This document shows, one piece after another, positions 60,471 to 64,000 of a stretch of DNA of 64,000 nt (the stretch's first letter is position 1; the number at the start of each line of letters is the position of its first letter). Source of the stretch: Diadema antillarum (lineage: Eukaryota). The stretch spans positions 62,001-126,000 of the forward strand of contig NW_027271668.1 in the NCBI RefSeq assembly GCF_040938485.1, given 5' to 3'. The notes below the pieces were generated by a model. It was not told the DNA's origin. It made no database searches and was given only the letters and a program-made list of their open reading frames with translations. The position numbers and the translations under genes were made by a program.

Positions 60471-62985
60471 AGTATTAGATTAATATTGATACATGAGTAC
60501 AATGATACAAATTTAGATATTCCAACAACAACGGCCCTCTAGTATGGCCAGTCCCTCGAGCTAATCCTTGAAAACCCGATCTATATAGAGTAATATCGAT
60601 AAGTAAAGTACATGTGAAATTGAGTAACAAATGAAAAAGACACATAATTGTATTAAAGTATATACATAGTATTATGCATAAAGTACAATTAACGATGGGA
60701 TTTCAAATGGAGGTCCCACTAAAAAGCAAAGCTTGTACGATAAGGGACCCTCAGATAATACATAAGACAGCGAATAATGAATTAACGAAGCTACAAACGG
60801 ATATGTAACAAAATCAAACGAACCGATGTTAACTGACATGAAATCAAATTGGGAAGGTAAAAAAGAAAAAAGAAAGAAAAAGAAACTACAGCATGTGCCA
60901 TCATGGACACAAGCAAACAGAATTTAATGATATAAGAGTAATGATAAAAACAACAACCTGGATTGAGTATATTGCAAAGAATTTTGTACATAATTATACG
61001 GGTAAGAATCAATGCAGAAGAACGGACATAGAAGAAGGAGAGAATAGACATAATGGTATATACGGTACAATAATACACTGTAAAAACATCGGTGTTAGAT
61101 TTAACACCACGGGTGTTAAATTTAACACCGGTCAAACTTCAATAAAGGACCACACCCACGGGTGTTGAAAATGCACTGTGATGGTGTTGAAAAGTGTTCA
61201 CCTGACACTTCGTGGTGTTAATTTGACACTGTACCTGGTGTTATTTTGACACCGTACTGGTGTTAATTAAAATATGACACCACATGGTGTTGATTTGATA
61301 TTTGTTGGAGTTAATATCAATAGTTTAACACCCGTCCAGCTTCAATAAGAGACCACACCAGCTGGTGTTACTGTGGTGTAAATTTATTTTCATATTTTTT
61401 CAAAAATCTAGTATTTTAATGTAAAATTCTTGATCGTCTTGTTTAAATTAAAAATCAACAAGAAGTGCAGTTACTAAGAAACTCTTCAAAAACAGTTTAA
61501 AATTTGGAAATGACACCAGGAGGTGTTGATTTAACACCATAAATGAGCACCGAAAATTTAACACCAGCTCGGTGTTCACTATTTAACACCGCGGGACTTT
61601 TTGCAGTGTAGGAATATTATCTGACAAGGACTTGTGTTTAACAGATTATTTTCTCTAATAGAAAAATGATTTATACATAACTGTTTGATGCTTTAATGAT
61701 GACTTGACTGAGATGACGAAACGAAACTAATTCGGTTGTATGTTGTAAGATCTCAATACAAACACTTTTTTAATTTGTTCTTAAAAGAGTTCAAAGTTTG
61801 AGCTCTTGTTATATTGTTGTGAGCTAAGTTCCAATACTACGGCCCATCGTAGATGAATGTGTTCTGAGCCAGCATTGCTCTAAAAAAAGGTAAATAGAAA
61901 TTATTCTATGTCCTTGTTCGATAATTGTGAATGGATTGATTTCTTCGAAACATTGTTTCAAATACATTTGGAAGATTATAATCATACATATTGTCCTAGA
62001 TTAAACAAATACAAATCTTTAATTGTCAATATTTTGTGTTAAAAAATAACGGGTCAGTATGAGGCAAAAATGCAGTATGGCATATGATACGGAGTGATTT
62101 CTTTTGTATTAGAAGTAATTTATCTAAGAGTGTTTGATGTATATTTCCCCCACTCGAGAATACCATAATTTAAATATGGCAATATTAGGGATGAATATAA
62201 TGTAAGCAGGGACGATAAAGGAAAAGAAAATTTAAGCTTATCAATTATATCAATGTTTCGTGAAATAATTTTGCATAATCGTAAATTATCAATATGACAT
62301 TTGGATATAGAAACAAATAAATGAATGAAAATGACATAAAAAGGCCCACACCTCCAGAAGCTTTTCTTCTACACGGACCGTTTTTCCAATAACACAATGA
62401 TTTTGTTCAAACAGCTTGACAAAGGTTATTAACTCTCTTGTTTTCTTTTTCAATTGCAAACATGAAAATCTCTAATATGGATTTGAAATTACCAATTTGA
62501 TGGAACTTATATGATAGTGGAAATACAGTTGAATTCAATTGAATTCAATATGGAGTAAACCTCGACAAGTTTACAGGTATATTGTAATCTTTGCGAAATC
62601 TAAGTCGAATGTTATCAAATAACTATCTTGTTCTTTTGGTTCAGTTATGAGTATCATTTGGACATACCTTTCTTCCGATGTTTGTAGCCAGTATAGGTTT
62701 AATGCTATCAGGGTGGTTGAGCATCACAATCGGTTTCCATCCCATCCAGAACACCAGAAGTCTCCGGTACTTGGTCACTGCTTCTTGCTCCCACTTAAAA
62801 CCTGGCTCCATAAACCCCGGGTCGCGGAAGTTGCCATAGAGCCAGTGTGGCTTGGGCCCGGGAAGATGTCGTCTGATGTACGCTAGACGGTGAAGAGTAG
62901 CGACCAGTGACAAGAGAAACTGGACAATCTTGAAACCAAAGATGGATAAAGCAACAGTCCCAAAAATGCTTGTAATAAGCGACAT
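55160..62985 (-). CDS. Cytochrome P450, CYP4 clan, copy E (7 exons, 493 aa)
   Basis: Exons 62985-62668, 60430-60290, 58508-58315, 57852-57708, 57030-56938, 56191-56040, 55598-55160; GT-AG, open frame. Motifs VNTFIFAGTDTT, ESVR, PERF, PFSAGARNCIG. Confidence 0.95.
56491..56850. mobile_element. MITE with ttattccgaagg subrepeats (intron 5 of E)
   Basis: Imperfect TIRs ggtgattttctttgttccgaaag / ctttcggaataacataccttccgaataacaaagtgtaacc. The site is empty in B and D. Confidence 0.6.
57490..57665. mobile_element. Left arm only of the intron-4 foldback element (copy E)
   Basis: acccacgagtcgtacagtccacgagcttgacattgcaa...ctcgacactttataggcaaa. The right arm is deleted. Confidence 0.55.
60532..60581 (-). 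pseudogene. Decayed partial duplicate of P450 exon 2 in intron 1 of copy E
   Basis: The minus strand reads R-V-F-K-D-stop-L-E-G-L-A-I-L-E-G versus QVFKDWTEGLAIIDG in the real exon 100 nt downstream (TGG changed to TAG). Confidence 0.75.
61076..61608. mobile_element. Non-autonomous EnSpm/CACTA element (intron 1 of E)
   Basis: TA|CACTGTAAAAA ... TTTTTGCAGTG|TA with many ggtgttaaatttaacacc subterminal repeats. Confidence 0.8.
61750..62315 (-). mobile_element. LINE (CR1/L2 group) ORF2 3' fragment (intron 1 of E)
   Basis: CKIISRNIDIIDKLK, LYSSLILPYLNYGILEWG, LLLIQKKSLRII, HTDPLF, SIHNYRTR, NTFIYDGP and SFKNKLKK across frames. Same type as 20226-21135. Confidence 0.85.
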
Positions 62986-63241
62986 TATGATGTCCACAGC
63001 CTGTTTACATACACGCACCTCGAGCAAGGTATCCACAAGTACTATTACTTAATTCGCAGTGCACAAAACTGTGATCGTATAATTATGAGTACTATCATTT
63101 AATACATGTACGTGTGTATTGATGAGCGTGTATGTGTGCGTGTGCACATTATGTACGTGCGTGTGTGACTGTGTTTTATCCCTGTTTAAACGGCACCCTT
63201 TGACAACGTTAACTTGCATGACATCAAGACTTCAAAAATGA

Positions 63242-63257
63242 TCAAGTTCAAAGTGCC
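63242..63257 (+). promoter_or_regulatory. Proximal DR1-like site upstream of copy E
   Basis: TCAAGTTCAAAGTGCC, identical to C and D although the flanks have diverged. Confidence 0.5.
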
Positions 63258-64000
63258 TTTCATTGTTTATTTAAACCCAGACAGGTAATGTCCAGGGTTC
63301 CGCCGTTTGCTGATCCATTTTTATTATCTAGCACACTCTTTGTGACACGCTCTTTTGCCATTCACTTTGTACACGGGGTATTTTTCATGAGACTGTTTCA
63401 TAGTGTCATTGGCTGTTGTGTTAATGAATATTGCATAGCTATATTATTGATTCTTCATGAGATGTGTGTGCTCTTCTTTTTGTCGCACGAAAACAAGATA
63501 AACTTTTCAAAAAAGGTTAATGATAATTACTCCTGTGTGTAGAGAAATATGACAATGATTTAGCAATGTGACCTCTAATGGCTTAACAGGTTTAAAATGT
63601 ATCAAAACCATTTATACCACTGAAAAGGGGGTATAATGTATGATGTTGGTGTGCTGAGAGACCATGGCCTATAGATACAATCTGTAGAGTAGATTCATTA
63701 CTGGCCGAAGCAGAAACACAGCAACTGCGGCAAGAACGGTCTAGAATTAAGCCACCTTGACTGTTTAAAATGAGCATTAAGACCACAAACATACACTAAA
63801 AGTCCCAAAGGATAAGAAATATTGAGACGTTATAAGGTAGGGGCCTACATGTATAGTACATTGTATTGATAACGTCTAAGTACATACAATACGGCATTCG
63901 GTTTACATGATAGCCCACTGGTAAACCATGTGTACATGTATGACGTTTATGAAAAATGCGCTATATAAATTTATTGTTGTTATTATTGTTGTTGTTATTA

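Overview
AT-rich, repeat-dense animal genomic DNA, probably an echinoderm/sea urchin (inferred from repeat style only). The window is a head-to-tail, minus-strand tandem array of cytochrome P450 genes of the CYP4 clan. Four complete 7-exon copies (B 7678-15817, C 22490-31497, D 40914-50734, E 55160-62985) share identical exon lengths and phases. A fifth, more divergent copy (A) has exons 1-3 at 1-3263 and runs off the left edge. I read the exon boundaries by hand. B, C and E give open 493-aa frames with I-helix, ExxR, PERF and FxxGxRxCxG motifs. D has lost the end of exon 1 and its ancestral splice donor but has a strong in-frame GT donor in former intron sequence (predicted 484 aa). All four complete copies lack the CYP4 I-helix Glu and differ from each other mainly at inferred substrate-recognition sites. 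The promoters carry conserved nuclear-receptor-type direct repeats (DR1, and DR3 in A). Introns and spacers are filled with non-autonomous transposons (hAT, Kolobok-, CACTA-, Harbinger-, Crypton- and Helentron-like), a solo LTR, and LINE and SINE fragments. For several of these, the empty site is visible in a sister paralog. There is one 150-N gap. No rRNA, true tRNA or CRISPR array was found. Family names for transposons and P450s come from motif recall, not database searches.
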